Shown here: in pieces, positions 9,980 to 17,768 of the stretch
Layout: each line of letters starts with the position of its first letter
Position numbering within the stretch: the first letter of the stretch is position 1
From: a virus
Taxonomy: Duplodnaviria; Caudoviricetes
DNA length: 64,000 bases
IMG/VR virus record: IMGVR_UViG_3300030330_006022
Location: 1 to 64,000 of that record
Strand: one strand, 5' to 3'
Notes under the pieces: generated by a model
The model's database searches: none
Told to the model about the DNA's origin: nothing
The model's input: the letters and a program-made list of their open reading frames with translations, nothing else
Position numbers and translations under genes: made by a program

Positions 9980-10162
9980 ATGAAAGTAGGCGATTTAGTA
10001 TGGTCATTAGTTTTGAACTCCTTAGATGGAACAGTCATAGAAAAACGATTGGCAATAATTGTTGAGATAGGTGCTGATCCTTTTAATCCATATTGGATAC
10101 AATTGATTTCAAATGGACGAGAGGGTAAGACTTGTGAAAAATATCTTGCCCAAGTGGATTAA
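9980..10162 (+). CDS. SH3/KOW-like mini-protein
   Basis: GAGGTG RBS; MKVGDLVW. Confidence 0.75.
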   Translation: MKVGDLVWSLVLNSLDGTVIEKRLAIIVEIGADPFNPYWIQLISNGREGKTCEKYLAQVD

Positions 10163-10170
10163 AACCAAAA

Positions 10171-10214
10171 CGGACATTTTTTGACCTTTACAAATAAACA
10201 TAACCTGTTATATT
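10171..10214 (+). promoter_or_regulatory. palindrome + promoter (abutting class)
   Basis: CGGACATTTTTTGACC|TTTACA-N16-TATATT. Confidence 0.75.
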
Positions 10215-10254
10215 ATAAATGTCAAGATTTTTTTTATTTTTTTTCGGAGGTATT

Positions 10255-10434
10255 GTGAAAATAGGAACATTAGTGCGAATAATAAACCTTTGGCATCCAA
10301 CTCAGAAAGGTGCTATGGGTATTATAGTAGATAGAGGAGTTCACCACGATGGTGAATGGAAGTATGAAATTTTATTCCCTAGTGGAGACAAAAGTTGGTG
10401 GACAAAACGTCGCTTGGAGGTGCTATGCAAGTAG
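10255..10434 (+). CDS. SH3/KOW-like mini-protein
   Basis: GGAGG + GTG; MKIGTLVR...LEVLCK. Confidence 0.75.
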   Translation: MKIGTLVRIINLWHPTQKGAMGIIVDRGVHHDGEWKYEILFPSGDKSWWTKRRLEVLCK

Positions 10435-10586
10435 GTGATTTAGTAAGATTTGATTATGATCATGTGATTGGTGTTGTTATGAGAGTAGACTATGACTTCG
10501 AGTATGGAATGATGTATCGTGTCGCCTTTGTTGATGGTAGTGTGGAATGGTGCATAGAAGATGATTTGGAGGTAGTATGCGAATAG
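10425..10586 (+). CDS. SH3/KOW-like mini-protein
   Basis: MQVGDLVRF...LEVVCE; 10-nt overlap with both neighbours. Confidence 0.8.
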   Translation: MQVGDLVRFDYDHVIGVVMRVDYDFEYGMMYRVAFVDGSVEWCIEDDLEVVCE

Positions 10587-10771
10587 GAGATTTAGTAAGA
10601 ACCAAAGAGACTTATCTACCAAAGCCACGTCCTTTAGGTCTTATTGTCGGATCAAAAATCTGGGATCAAAAAGGTCATGGCTATGGCAAACTAACATTTT
10701 TAGTACAGTTTGTTAATGATACTAGTCCGACATGGTGGACAGAAGATTTTTTGGAGGTAATATGCGAGTAG
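10577..10771 (+). CDS. SH3/KOW-like mini-protein
   Basis: MRIGDLVRT...LEVICE. Confidence 0.8.
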   Translation: MRIGDLVRTKETYLPKPRPLGLIVGSKIWDQKGHGYGKLTFLVQFVNDTSPTWWTEDFLEVICE

Positions 10772-10956
10772 GTGATTTAGTATGGGCAAGGTGGGCTGAG
10801 CAATGCATAGGTATTGTTATTGGCATTATTTTTGACGAAACAGAGGTAGAGTATTCTTATCGTATAAAGTGGCTTTTTCAATCTCCATACGAGTCAAGAG
10901 AATACATAGAAGATTTAGTCACAAAGGAGGAGAAATGCTCAAAACAGGAGATTTAG
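10762..10956 (+). CDS. SH3/KOW-like mini-protein
   Basis: MRVGDLVWA. Confidence 0.8.
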   Translation: MRVGDLVWARWAEQCIGIVIGIIFDETEVEYSYRIKWLFQSPYESREYIEDLVTKEEKCSKQEI

Positions 10957-11096
10957 TACGTCTGTATGGATACTTGGAACGTAAGGAGATAGGTATAATC
11001 TTACGTCATAACCCACGCTTTTTTTCATATACTATTTATTGGGTAAAAACAGGTAAGATAAATGCAGTATCTACTTCGGATGTGAGGTCATTATGA
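10935..11096 (+). CDS. SH3/KOW-like mini-protein
   Basis: AAGGAGG RBS; MLKTGDLVRL. Confidence 0.75.
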   Translation: MLKTGDLVRLYGYLERKEIGIILRHNPRFFSYTIYWVKTGKINAVSTSDVRSL

Positions 11097-11287
11097 GAAG
11101 AAAAAAGAAGTTAAAGGTCGGAATGTTGGTGCGTGTAATCAACAGGCACACAAGCGAGATTATGCCCGAAATGTATGTAATAGTGGAGAGAATGGTTGGG
11201 GGTCTGTGGGCAATATCCCCTGTCGGTGACTTGACAATAGAAAGGCACTATCACACAAAATCCCTAAAGGAGGTAAAATGCAAGTAG
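11093..11287 (+). CDS. SH3/KOW-like mini-protein
   Basis: LKVGMLVRV...LKEVKCK. Confidence 0.75.
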   Translation: MRRKKKLKVGMLVRVINRHTSEIMPEMYVIVERMVGGLWAISPVGDLTIERHYHTKSLKEVKCK

Positions 11288-11442
11288 GTAGTTTAGTAAA
11301 GATAAGTCAATCAAACATTGGAGACAAAGGGAAGTTCGCTATTGTTGTGAAAATGTATCCAAATAACGCAGTAATACACGTTGTAGATACTGGGGAAGTA
11401 TGGAACTATGCCCTTTATAACTTGGAGGTGCTATGCAAGTAG
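11278..11442 (+). CDS. SH3/KOW-like mini-protein (54 aa, not in ORF track)
   Basis: MQVGSLVKI...LEVLCK. Confidence 0.8.
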   Translation: MQVGSLVKISQSNIGDKGKFAIVVKMYPNNAVIHVVDTGEVWNYALYNLEVLCK

Positions 11443-11648
11443 GCGATTTAGTGAGGATAAAAAAGGCTTGGATAAGTATGTACGAGGGCTACGAGGATAC
11501 TGTAGGGCTAGTGGTGTATGCCGATAGTGGCTATGGGGGAGAAAGACCTGTGGGATTTCGTAGGATTAGAATACTTCATGGCGATATGAACGGTCAAATC
11601 TATTCCGTATTTGCCGAAGAAGTCTTGGAGGTGGTATGTTCAAAGTAG
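11433..11648 (+). CDS. SH3/KOW-like mini-protein
   Basis: MQVGDLVRI...LEVVCSK. Confidence 0.8.
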   Translation: MQVGDLVRIKKAWISMYEGYEDTVGLVVYADSGYGGERPVGFRRIRILHGDMNGQIYSVFAEEVLEVVCSK

Positions 11649-11791
11649 GTGATTTAGTGATAGATTATTGTGGTGACATAGGTGTTGTTGTAAAAAAAGT
11701 AAACTGTGATTGTTGGAAAGTACACTACACAGATAGGTGGATACGCAATATGTGGGTTGCTGATATAGAGAGGTTAGTATGTTCAAAGTAG
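11636..11791 (+). CDS. SH3/KOW-like mini-protein (51 aa, not in ORF track)
   Basis: MFKVGDLVIDYCGDIGVVV...LVCSK. Confidence 0.8.
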   Translation: MFKVGDLVIDYCGDIGVVVKKVNCDCWKVHYTDRWIRNMWVADIERLVCSK

Positions 11792-11934
11792 GCGATTTAG
11801 TGATAACTTATTGTGGTAATATAGGTATTGTCGTATATTCCTCAGACTGTGATTGGTGGACAATACACTACATAGACGGTACTGGTGAGGGTAATATGTG
11901 GACAACAGAAATAAGGTTATTATGTTCAAAATAG
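11779..11934 (+). CDS. SH3/KOW-like mini-protein (51 aa, not in ORF track), paralog of 11636
   Basis: MFKVGDLVITYCGNIGIVV...LLCSK. Confidence 0.8.
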   Translation: MFKVGDLVITYCGNIGIVVYSSDCDWWTIHYIDGTGEGNMWTTEIRLLCSK

Positions 11935-12092
11935 GTGACTTAGTAAAATATAAAAAGAGTTCTGTTGATGACGATAGTGTTGGCTTAGTTGTGAAGCAAA
12001 ACCCTATCTACAAAAAGTTTTGGCTTATTCAATGGATTGATGGATCAAAATACCAAGAGAACGAAATGCATTTGGAGGTAGTATGCAAGTAG
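11922..12092 (+). CDS. SH3/KOW-like mini-protein
   Basis: MFKIGDLVKY...FWLIQWIDGSKY..LEVVCK. Confidence 0.8.
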   Translation: MFKIGDLVKYKKSSVDDDSVGLVVKQNPIYKKFWLIQWIDGSKYQENEMHLEVVCK

Positions 12093-12259
12093 GAGATTTA
12101 GTCAGATACAAAAAGTCATTCACAAATAACTGTGACTATATGGGCTTAGTTATAGAACGAAAACCATTATCACGAACAAAAAAATTTTGGCTTATTCAAT
12201 GGATTGATGGATCAAAGTACATAGAGGACGAAAAAAACTTGGAAGTGGTCAAAAAATGA
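12083..12259 (+). CDS. SH3/KOW-like mini-protein (58 aa, not in ORF track), paralog of 11922
   Basis: MQVGDLVRY...FWLIQWIDGSKY..LEVVKK. Confidence 0.8.
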   Translation: MQVGDLVRYKKSFTNNCDYMGLVIERKPLSRTKKFWLIQWIDGSKYIEDEKNLEVVKK

Positions 12260-12299
12260 CCGTTTTGAATTTGACAGGATTGTCACAAACAGTTATATT
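12247..12299 (+). promoter_or_regulatory. palindrome + promoter (9-nt-gap class)
   Basis: GGTCAAAAAATGACC-N9-TTGACA-N17-TATATT. Confidence 0.85.
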
Positions 12300-12326
12300 A
12301 TAAACATCAATCAAACGGAGGACGTT

Positions 12327-12548
12327 ATGAAACAAAAAGTAATAGTACTACAAATCAGATTTAGTGGTGACGATAACACAATCTATGTCTGTAAGACCTT
12401 TGAGATAGCCCACAGGATTATCAGAGAGTGGTTCAAGGATAGTATTGAGGACATAAACACTTATGGCATAGGCGACCTAGAGGATGAACTATGGGAGAGA
12501 GACATAGGCTACTGGGAGGTTACAGAGGAGGTAGTGATATGCGAGTAG
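12327..12548 (+). CDS. hypothetical protein ending in the junction repeat
   Basis: GGAGG RBS; ends EEVVICE but lacks the VGDLV start. Confidence 0.7.
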   Translation: MKQKVIVLQIRFSGDDNTIYVCKTFEIAHRIIREWFKDSIEDINTYGIGDLEDELWERDIGYWEVTEEVVICE

Positions 12549-12691
12549 GTTCATTGGTAAGACACATAGAGCATGAATTCTTTGCTATTGCGACACAATG
12601 GTATCACGATAACACTTGGCTTGTGGTACGGATAGATAATGCTATTTGCAATTGGTATAGCGAGTGTGAGTTGGAGGTTCTATGCGAGTAG
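12539..12691 (+). CDS. SH3/KOW-like mini-protein
   Basis: MRVGSLVRH...LEVLCE. Confidence 0.8.
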   Translation: MRVGSLVRHIEHEFFAIATQWYHDNTWLVVRIDNAICNWYSECELEVLCE

Positions 12692-12840
12692 GTTCTTTGG
12701 TAAAGGTTCGGCATAGAGGTAGTAGAATAGCAAAAATCGGTCTAATCACATATATAGACAATCAAATAGCCAAGTTGGTATGGGTAAACGGTGAAAAAGG
12801 TGCGATACACACAAAGTGGTTGGAGGTATTATGCGAGTAG
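12682..12840 (+). CDS. SH3/KOW-like mini-protein (52 aa, not in ORF track)
   Basis: MRVGSLVKV...LEVLCE. Confidence 0.8.
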   Translation: MRVGSLVKVRHRGSRIAKIGLITYIDNQIAKLVWVNGEKGAIHTKWLEVLCE

Positions 12841-13019
12841 GTTCTTTGGTAAAGTTTGCTCACCGTTGGATGGATGATACCCATATCGGTGTTGTTATGG
12901 GTTATTGGACTCACGATGTGTCTGAGGAACAACACATATTGGTTTGTTGGCTGACAGGAAGATACACAGGTGACACAGACGCAATCATTGAGAGCGATTT
13001 GGAGGTATTATGCGAGTAG
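12831..13019 (+). CDS. SH3/KOW-like mini-protein
   Basis: MRVGSLVKF...LEVLCE. Confidence 0.8.
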   Translation: MRVGSLVKFAHRWMDDTHIGVVMGYWTHDVSEEQHILVCWLTGRYTGDTDAIIESDLEVLCE

Positions 13020-13174
13020 GAACATTGGTAACAAGTAGGTGGAACTATTCTATGGGTATAGTCTTGTTGATAGGTACACACTATGGCGATGAATGGGTAC
13101 AAGTAAAATGGATTGTGGACACAAGTCTTGACCCATTTCAGTATACTCACGACTTGGAGGTATTATGCGACTAG
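13010..13174 (+). CDS. SH3/KOW-like mini-protein (54 aa, not in ORF track)
   Basis: MRVGTLVTS...LEVLCD. Confidence 0.8.
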   Translation: MRVGTLVTSRWNYSMGIVLLIGTHYGDEWVQVKWIVDTSLDPFQYTHDLEVLCD

Positions 13175-13395
13175 ATATAGATAAACAATCAATAAGAGTA
13201 GGTTCTTTGGTTATGTGGAATAGAAAATCCTCAAATGACTATGGTTGCATGGGTATAGTCACCGATTTTTATTTTGAAGAACAAGATGGTGACAAACCTA
13301 TTTTAGAATTCTCAGTTCTTTGGGCAGATAATGATAGGGTTGACTATGACTATAACGATCTACTTAAGGTGTTTCTAAAAGTGGTCATTTTTTGA
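13165..13395 (+). CDS. SH3/KOW-like mini-protein
   Basis: IRVGSLVMW..MGIV..LKVVIF. Confidence 0.75.
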   Translation: MRLDIDKQSIRVGSLVMWNRKSSNDYGCMGIVTDFYFEEQDGDKPILEFSVLWADNDRVDYDYNDLLKVFLKVVIF

Positions 13396-13435
13396 CCGTT
13401 TTGGATTTGACAAATAAAACTAAACAGATTATGTT
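13383..13435 (+). promoter_or_regulatory. palindrome + promoter (9-nt-gap class)
   Basis: GGTCATTTTTTGACC-N9-TTGACA-N17-TATGTT. Confidence 0.8.
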
Positions 13436-13462
13436 AACAACATCATTCAAACACAGGAGGTA

Positions 13463-13801
13463 ATGATGATTAGAACTTGTAAACATTGTGAAGATGAATT
13501 CGACTGTCAGAGTGCTGAAAAGCAACGAGTGGGGGGCTACATTAACGAGTGTCCCGATTGTGTCGAGGAACTGGGTACGGAGACACACGTTAGGTACAGG
13601 GGTTGTGTATCAGGTGAGAGTAAACAAGCCTGTATATCCATCTTGTCCTTTGACAGCGAGAAAGATGCCGACACTTATCAGAAGAAGTGGGAAGCCAATC
13701 GTGGTTGGAATAACCAACGCAAGGGTGGTCTTAACGACATTAAGTTTAAGACAGTCACAGTCAACAATGCTGGCGACAGTAAACGTAAAACAGACCAATA
13801 G
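13463..13801 (+). CDS. zinc-ribbon protein
   Basis: CKHC...CPDC. Confidence 0.7.
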   Translation: MMIRTCKHCEDEFDCQSAEKQRVGGYINECPDCVEELGTETHVRYRGCVSGESKQACISILSFDSEKDADTYQKKWEANRGWNNQRKGGLNDIKFKTVTVNNAGDSKRKTDQ

Positions 13802-13813
13802 GAGGGTACTACT

Positions 13814-14074
13814 ATGGTGGGTACACTTATAAAAACAATGCCACAGGATCAACTTTTTGTTGGTTTAGTCTATGAGTGGTTTTATGATTTTGATGGTGAG
13901 GGTACGATACACGTTGAAGTTAGGTGGAACGACTGTGACGATACAACCGAAATATTTCACGAGTACGAGGACTACGATGTATCTGAATATCACTTCTATC
14001 ACAAAGGTCGTTGGTGGCTTATACAGGAAAACTTTTATAAATTTTTGCAAGTACTGGAGGGCAAATGCAAATAG
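13814..14074 (+). CDS. SH3/KOW-like mini-protein
   Basis: MVGTLIK..VGLV..VEVRW..LEGKCK. Confidence 0.7.
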   Translation: MVGTLIKTMPQDQLFVGLVYEWFYDFDGEGTIHVEVRWNDCDDTTEIFHEYEDYDVSEYHFYHKGRWWLIQENFYKFLQVLEGKCK

Positions 14075-14244
14075 GTGATTATGTAAAGTTCAACAACAAC
14101 GAGGGTGACTTGGAGGAGACACTTTGGGAGGTTGTTGGTTTTGAGGAGAGGGGTGGTCGTGCTTTTGTTCTTATAAAACACCCCACCATAGGTGGTAGGT
14201 ACTCATTCCCTAAAGATGAGGTTGTAGAGGTGATAAGTGGTTAG
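14065..14244 (+). CDS. SH3/KOW-like mini-protein (59 aa, not in ORF track)
   Basis: MQIGDYVKF...VVEVISG. Confidence 0.75.
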   Translation: MQIGDYVKFNNNEGDLEETLWEVVGFEERGGRAFVLIKHPTIGGRYSFPKDEVVEVISG

Positions 14245-14452
14245 TGTTGGCGATTTATGTTGGGATATAGTAACAGAGACACTATGGATTATCTCAGATA
14301 TTTGGTGGTGTGGTATAACAGACGACTACAAATACGACCTTACTTCTGTAACATTTGGTGCTACTATTGTAACCAACGACCAAGTTGCTATCTGTATGAG
14401 AGCTGACTTCTTAAAACGGACAAAAAATGTCCTAGACAAATCTGAGGAATAA
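14237..14452 (+). CDS. SH3/KOW-like mini-protein
   Basis: GAGGTG + GTG; VSVGDLCW. Confidence 0.65.
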   Translation: MVSVGDLCWDIVTETLWIISDIWWCGITDDYKYDLTSVTFGATIVTNDQVAICMRADFLKRTKNVLDKSEE

Positions 14453-14460
14453 GTTATATT
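14417..14460 (+). promoter_or_regulatory. palindrome + promoter (abutting class)
   Basis: CGGACAAAAAATGTCC|TAGACA-N16-TATATT. Confidence 0.75.
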
Positions 14461-14485
14461 ATAAACATCAACAACGGAGGACGTT

Positions 14486-14704
14486 ATGAAAAAACGAGAA
14501 CCACCAAAGATAGGTGATTTGGTCTGTCTTACTTACAACACAGACACCATAGGCATTGTAACAGAGGTGTCGGATTGGACAAATACAAAGTTTCGCTACA
14601 AAGTCGAATGGCTCAAAGATAGTGACAAAGTATTGAGTAGGCAAAATGGAGTAAACTTCGGTCACTATTGTGATAGTGTCTTGTTACACTTGGAGGAAAA
14701 ATGA
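14486..14704 (+). CDS. SH3/KOW-like mini-protein
   Basis: PKIGDLVCL..IGIVTEV..YKVEW. Confidence 0.75.
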   Translation: MKKREPPKIGDLVCLTYNTDTIGIVTEVSDWTNTKFRYKVEWLKDSDKVLSRQNGVNFGHYCDSVLLHLEEK

Positions 14705-14895
14705 TAGTAAAACTAGGCGATTTAGTACAGATAAAAATCCCAACAGAACGAAGTGATCCAAATGATATTTGGCTTGTAATCGGTTGGAACAATTGGAACG
14801 ATTACATAAGGATACAGAATGTCCATAATGGATACGTTTGCCAATATAACTTGAGATTACTGAAACACTTCAAATCGGAGGAAGTATGCAAATAA
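14701..14895 (+). CDS. SH3/KOW-like mini-protein
   Basis: KLGDLVQI..IWLVIG..RIQNVHNG. Confidence 0.75.
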   Translation: MIVKLGDLVQIKIPTERSDPNDIWLVIGWNNWNDYIRIQNVHNGYVCQYNLRLLKHFKSEEVCK

Positions 14896-15095
14896 AAACA
14901 GGCGATTTAGTTTATAGAAAGCAACATAGGGCATTTAACAACCCACACGACTACGAGATTTGGCTTGTGATTGGTACAGACGCACGAGAAAGAGGTCAAT
15001 TCAAAGGCTTTGTGAGGATACAGAATGTCCACAACGGTAACAGGATACAATGCAACGCAAATATGCTGATGAAAATAGAAACGGACAAAAAATGA
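14886..15095 (+). CDS. SH3/KOW-like mini-protein, paralog of 14701
   Basis: KTGDLVY..IWLVIG..RIQNVHNG. Confidence 0.75.
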   Translation: MQIKTGDLVYRKQHRAFNNPHDYEIWLVIGTDARERGQFKGFVRIQNVHNGNRIQCNANMLMKIETDKK

Positions 15096-15135
15096 CCGTT
15101 TCGGATTTGACAAGCAATTCAAAATCAATTATATT
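15082..15135 (+). promoter_or_regulatory. palindrome + promoter (9-nt-gap class)
   Basis: CGGACAAAAAATGACC-N9-TTGACA-N17-TATATT. Confidence 0.85.
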
Positions 15136-15167
15136 ACATTTACATTCAACAACAAACGGAGGTCTTT

Positions 15168-16001
15168 ATGACTATAAATGCTAGAAAACAAAACAACGGT
15201 TACGGTAGGTCAGCACCTACTTGTAAGTTCTGTGGAACACAAGGACACACTATGACTAAGTGCCCCGATATGATTGCTATGTACGATAAAGTCAAGCATA
15301 AAACTATCGAGGAACGTGATTTCAAGGGTAACTTTGCAGTACAATACATCGAAAAACGCAAAGGTGTGTCTTTGACAGGTAGAAAAACTGTAAAGAAAGC
15401 CAAAAAGTGTGGCTATTGTCGTGAAACAGGACACAATCGCAAAGCCTGTCCACAAATGGCTAAGGACAAAGCTTTTATCATTAAAGCCAACGAAGTGTGG
15501 CGAAACCTATGGTCTGAAACAGCTACAAAATATGGCTTAACACCAGCATCTCTTATCAAAGTTACTGATAGGTCATACAACTACTCTCAAGGTGGTTACA
15601 TCTCCAAAACACAACTTTGTACTGTTGGTGCTGAATTGCCCGAAAACCTTAATGTGTTCGCTCTTGGCGAGGAAAATAAGCAACAAGAAATTCTTATTCC
15701 TTTGCTTGGTTACAAACCCGAATATGGTAACAACAATATCAATGCTAGGCTGTTAGTCAAGGCAAAGTCGGACTCTATGGCTAGTGCCTTGTTCTCTTAC
15801 TCTTATTCTTGGGGAAATATCGAGGGAGTGGAAGTGGTGGCTAAATCGTCCTACACATTCCCCGATGAATGGTTTAGTGAACCTCCTACTGAGGACATAG
15901 ACTATGCTCTCAAAAAGTGGACACAGGATCAAATGAACAACTTTATAACCAAGTGTAAAAAACTTGTGGAAAACTACGGAGGTGACTATGGAATATCATA
16001 A
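15168..16001 (+). CDS. protein with two CCHC zinc knuckles
   Basis: CKFCGTQGHTMTKC and CGYCRETGHNRKAC (C-x2-C-x4-H-x4-C). Confidence 0.8.
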   Translation: MTINARKQNNGYGRSAPTCKFCGTQGHTMTKCPDMIAMYDKVKHKTIEERDFKGNFAVQYIEKRKGVSLTGRKTVKKAKKCGYCRETGHNRKACPQMAKDKAFIIKANEVWRNLWSETATKYGLTPASLIKVTDRSYNYSQGGYISKTQLCTVGAELPENLNVFALGEENKQQEILIPLLGYKPEYGNNNINARLLVKAKSDSMASALFSYSYSWGNIEGVEVVAKSSYTFPDEWFSEPPTEDIDYALKKWTQDQMNNFITKCKKLVENYGGDYGIS

Positions 16002-16233
16002 CTTCGTTGAAGCCCTTGATGAAGCCATGCAGTTTATAGCCAAAGAATATCCCACCTCTGTGTGGGAGGGTGATGTTCACGACTTCTATGCTTTACTTAT
16101 CAAGGCTAACTTCACCAATCAAGTGTTTATGGATTATCTGAAACACGCAATAGATAACAAGGTCTACCTCCCTGTCAATGTAAAGTGTGTCGTTGATGGG
16201 GATAGAATATCAAAAGTTATTATAGGAGGTTAA
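15988..16233 (+). CDS. hypothetical protein
   Basis: GGAGGT RBS before ATG 15988. Confidence 0.6.
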   Translation: MEYHNFVEALDEAMQFIAKEYPTSVWEGDVHDFYALLIKANFTNQVFMDYLKHAIDNKVYLPVNVKCVVDGDRISKVIIGG

Positions 16234-16235
16234 TA

Positions 16236-16505
16236 ATGGCTTACGAACATAACTGGAATCCACAAGATAAGCTCACATACGACCAACTTGTCGAAGAACT
16301 TACTCCTATCGTTGTCGATTTGACCGACAATGCCTTTGCGATTAAAAAGTCCTCTGATGATGGAGGTACTGTGGTGGAAATATATATAGAGGAGGGTCTA
16401 CAAGGCAAGACCCAACCACGTCTACCCCCACAATGCAAGGGTTGGAGAGTGGTATGGGTATCCTGTCCTACAGGATATATTGACGCATTTGAAATAAGGA
16501 GATAG
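16236..16505 (+). CDS. hypothetical protein
   Basis: GGAGGT RBS. Confidence 0.6.
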   Translation: MAYEHNWNPQDKLTYDQLVEELTPIVVDLTDNAFAIKKSSDDGGTVVEIYIEEGLQGKTQPRLPPQCKGWRVVWVSCPTGYIDAFEIRR

Positions 16506-16507
16506 CT

Positions 16508-16744
16508 ATGAACATCAACGAAATACTCAGATACGAGCCAAAGATTGACGATATAATAATGCATAAAGATGGGTCATACCACGTTGTTATATCAGTACTA
16601 AAGCAAGGCTCTATGGTGGTTAGTGCTATGCATCACATCAACGGTTCAGAACCTGTGGCAGTTTATCTAAACATTCCAAAGACAAGGGCGAGTATGATAC
16701 AAGGCAATCAATTCTTGGTGAGGAAGTCTGATGAAAGTGGGTGA
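16508..16744 (+). CDS. hypothetical protein (divergent mini-domain)
   Basis: AAGGAG RBS; PKIDDII. Confidence 0.55.
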   Translation: MNINEILRYEPKIDDIIMHKDGSYHVVISVLKQGSMVVSAMHHINGSEPVAVYLNIPKTRASMIQGNQFLVRKSDESG

Positions 16745-16895
16745 TTTAGTAAAGGCTAAACATTGGGATTGTCATCTTATTGGTATTATTGTATCCATCA
16801 GACCGAAAACAGGGATATGTAAGGTGGCTTTGATCAAAAATCTTGATTGGAGATTTGATCAACTCAAACGAGATTTGGAGGTTATATGCGAGTAG
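16731..16895 (+). CDS. SH3/KOW-like mini-protein (54 aa, not in ORF track)
   Basis: MKVGDLVKA...LEVICE. Confidence 0.8.
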   Translation: MKVGDLVKAKHWDCHLIGIIVSIRPKTGICKVALIKNLDWRFDQLKRDLEVICE

Positions 16896-17056
16896 GAACA
16901 TTGGTAAAGAACTTAAACACAGGTTCTATGGGTATTGTTGTAAAAATGCACTGTATTGATATGGTACATATAGATTGGCTTGGTTCGACTAAGGCACAGT
17001 TTTCGGCTAGGGTTTGGAACGCAAACTCCATATACTTGGAGGTTTTATGCGAGTAG
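16886..17056 (+). CDS. SH3/KOW-like mini-protein (56 aa, not in ORF track)
   Basis: MRVGTLVKN...LEVLCE. Confidence 0.8.
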   Translation: MRVGTLVKNLNTGSMGIVVKMHCIDMVHIDWLGSTKAQFSARVWNANSIYLEVLCE

Positions 17057-17226
17057 GAACATTGGTAAATCACGAAAACTATTTCGGTGTCGGCATTGTT
17101 ATCGACATAAGGGAATTTAGAGGAGAAAAAGAATACAAAGTTCATTGGCTCAGAGAGGGCAGAGATTTTGGTTGGGCTAATGTAGATCGTGATTTACAAC
17201 TGAGTGTGGAGATAGTATGCAAATAA
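17047..17226 (+). CDS. SH3/KOW-like mini-protein
   Basis: MRVGTLVNH...VEIVCK. Confidence 0.8.
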   Translation: MRVGTLVNHENYFGVGIVIDIREFRGEKEYKVHWLREGRDFGWANVDRDLQLSVEIVCK

Positions 17227-17498
17227 TAAAATGGATTGACGATTATCGCAGTAGTTTCGCTGTGGTTGTTGAGTGTAAGAATAAGAGTTATCTTGTGATA
17301 GACGACTCTTATTCTGTTATCATCTACTACTCCGACAGGGAGGGTGTAGTAAGCGAATATCCTGAGATTTGTAAGATTGAGGGAAAAATGTTATCTGAAG
17401 TTATCTCTGATAACCGAACCTTTATCAGCAATATCAGAATATGGTCAAAAAATGACCGAAATGGAGTTGCAAAAAATCTTGAAACAGTTATATTATAA
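17217..17498 (+). CDS. hypothetical protein starting in the junction repeat
   Basis: 10-nt overlap with the upstream gene. Confidence 0.55.
   Translation: MQIIKWIDDYRSSFAVVVECKNKSYLVIDDSYSVIIYYSDREGVVSEYPEICKIEGKMLSEVISDNRTFISNIRIWSKNDRNGVAKNLETVIL
17443..17494 (+). promoter_or_regulatory. palindrome + promoter (9-nt-gap class)
   Basis: GGTCAAAAAATGACC-N9-TTGCAA-N16-TATATT. Confidence 0.75.
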
Positions 17499-17546
17499 AC
17501 ATAATCGAACACCTACTTACTGTGTTACTTCGTAAGGATTGAAACA

Positions 17547-17768
17547 ATGGGTAGGTTAGTAGAGACAGGACAAGTTATTGTTGCCGACAGTAAGAACTCT
17601 GTAGCAGTACAAACTCTCATTCCGTCCGATTATATCGAGTGGATACGAGAGGTCGATAACAAAGTCATCTTCAAAATCAAGGACAATATTGACGTTGAGC
17701 AACTTGTTCAAGATATAAATAATCTTCAATACAATCTAGTAATGGGTAACTATGCGAAATATACTTAA
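17547..17768 (+). CDS. hypothetical protein
   Basis: ORF with AAGGA RBS. Confidence 0.55.
   Translation: MGRLVETGQVIVADSKNSVAVQTLIPSDYIEWIREVDNKVIFKIKDNIDVEQLVQDINNLQYNLVMGNYAKYT

Larger units (their letters stand above)
10414..17226 (+). repeat. gene-junction repeat, consensus TTGGAGGTNNTATGCRAGTAGGNNNNTTRGT, about 19 copies
   Basis: near-consensus copies at 10414, 10566, 10751, 11422, 12072, 12671, 12820, 12999, 13154, 16875, 17036; variants near 11268, 11625, 11768, 11911, 12526, 14054, 14876, 17206. Confidence 0.92.

Noticed and set aside
10414-17226. CRISPR array interpretation of the junction repeats
   Set aside because: Repeats are degenerate and non-palindromic, spacers are about 120-230 nt open reading frames with RBSs, and there is no cas operon.
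10255-17226. Stop-codon reassignment (TAG read-through) or frameshifting explaining the short ORFs
   Set aside because: Each TAG is preceded by a strong SD and ATG in another frame that restarts the same motif; there is no slippery heptamer; long conserved genes such as groEL and phoH end properly at TAG.
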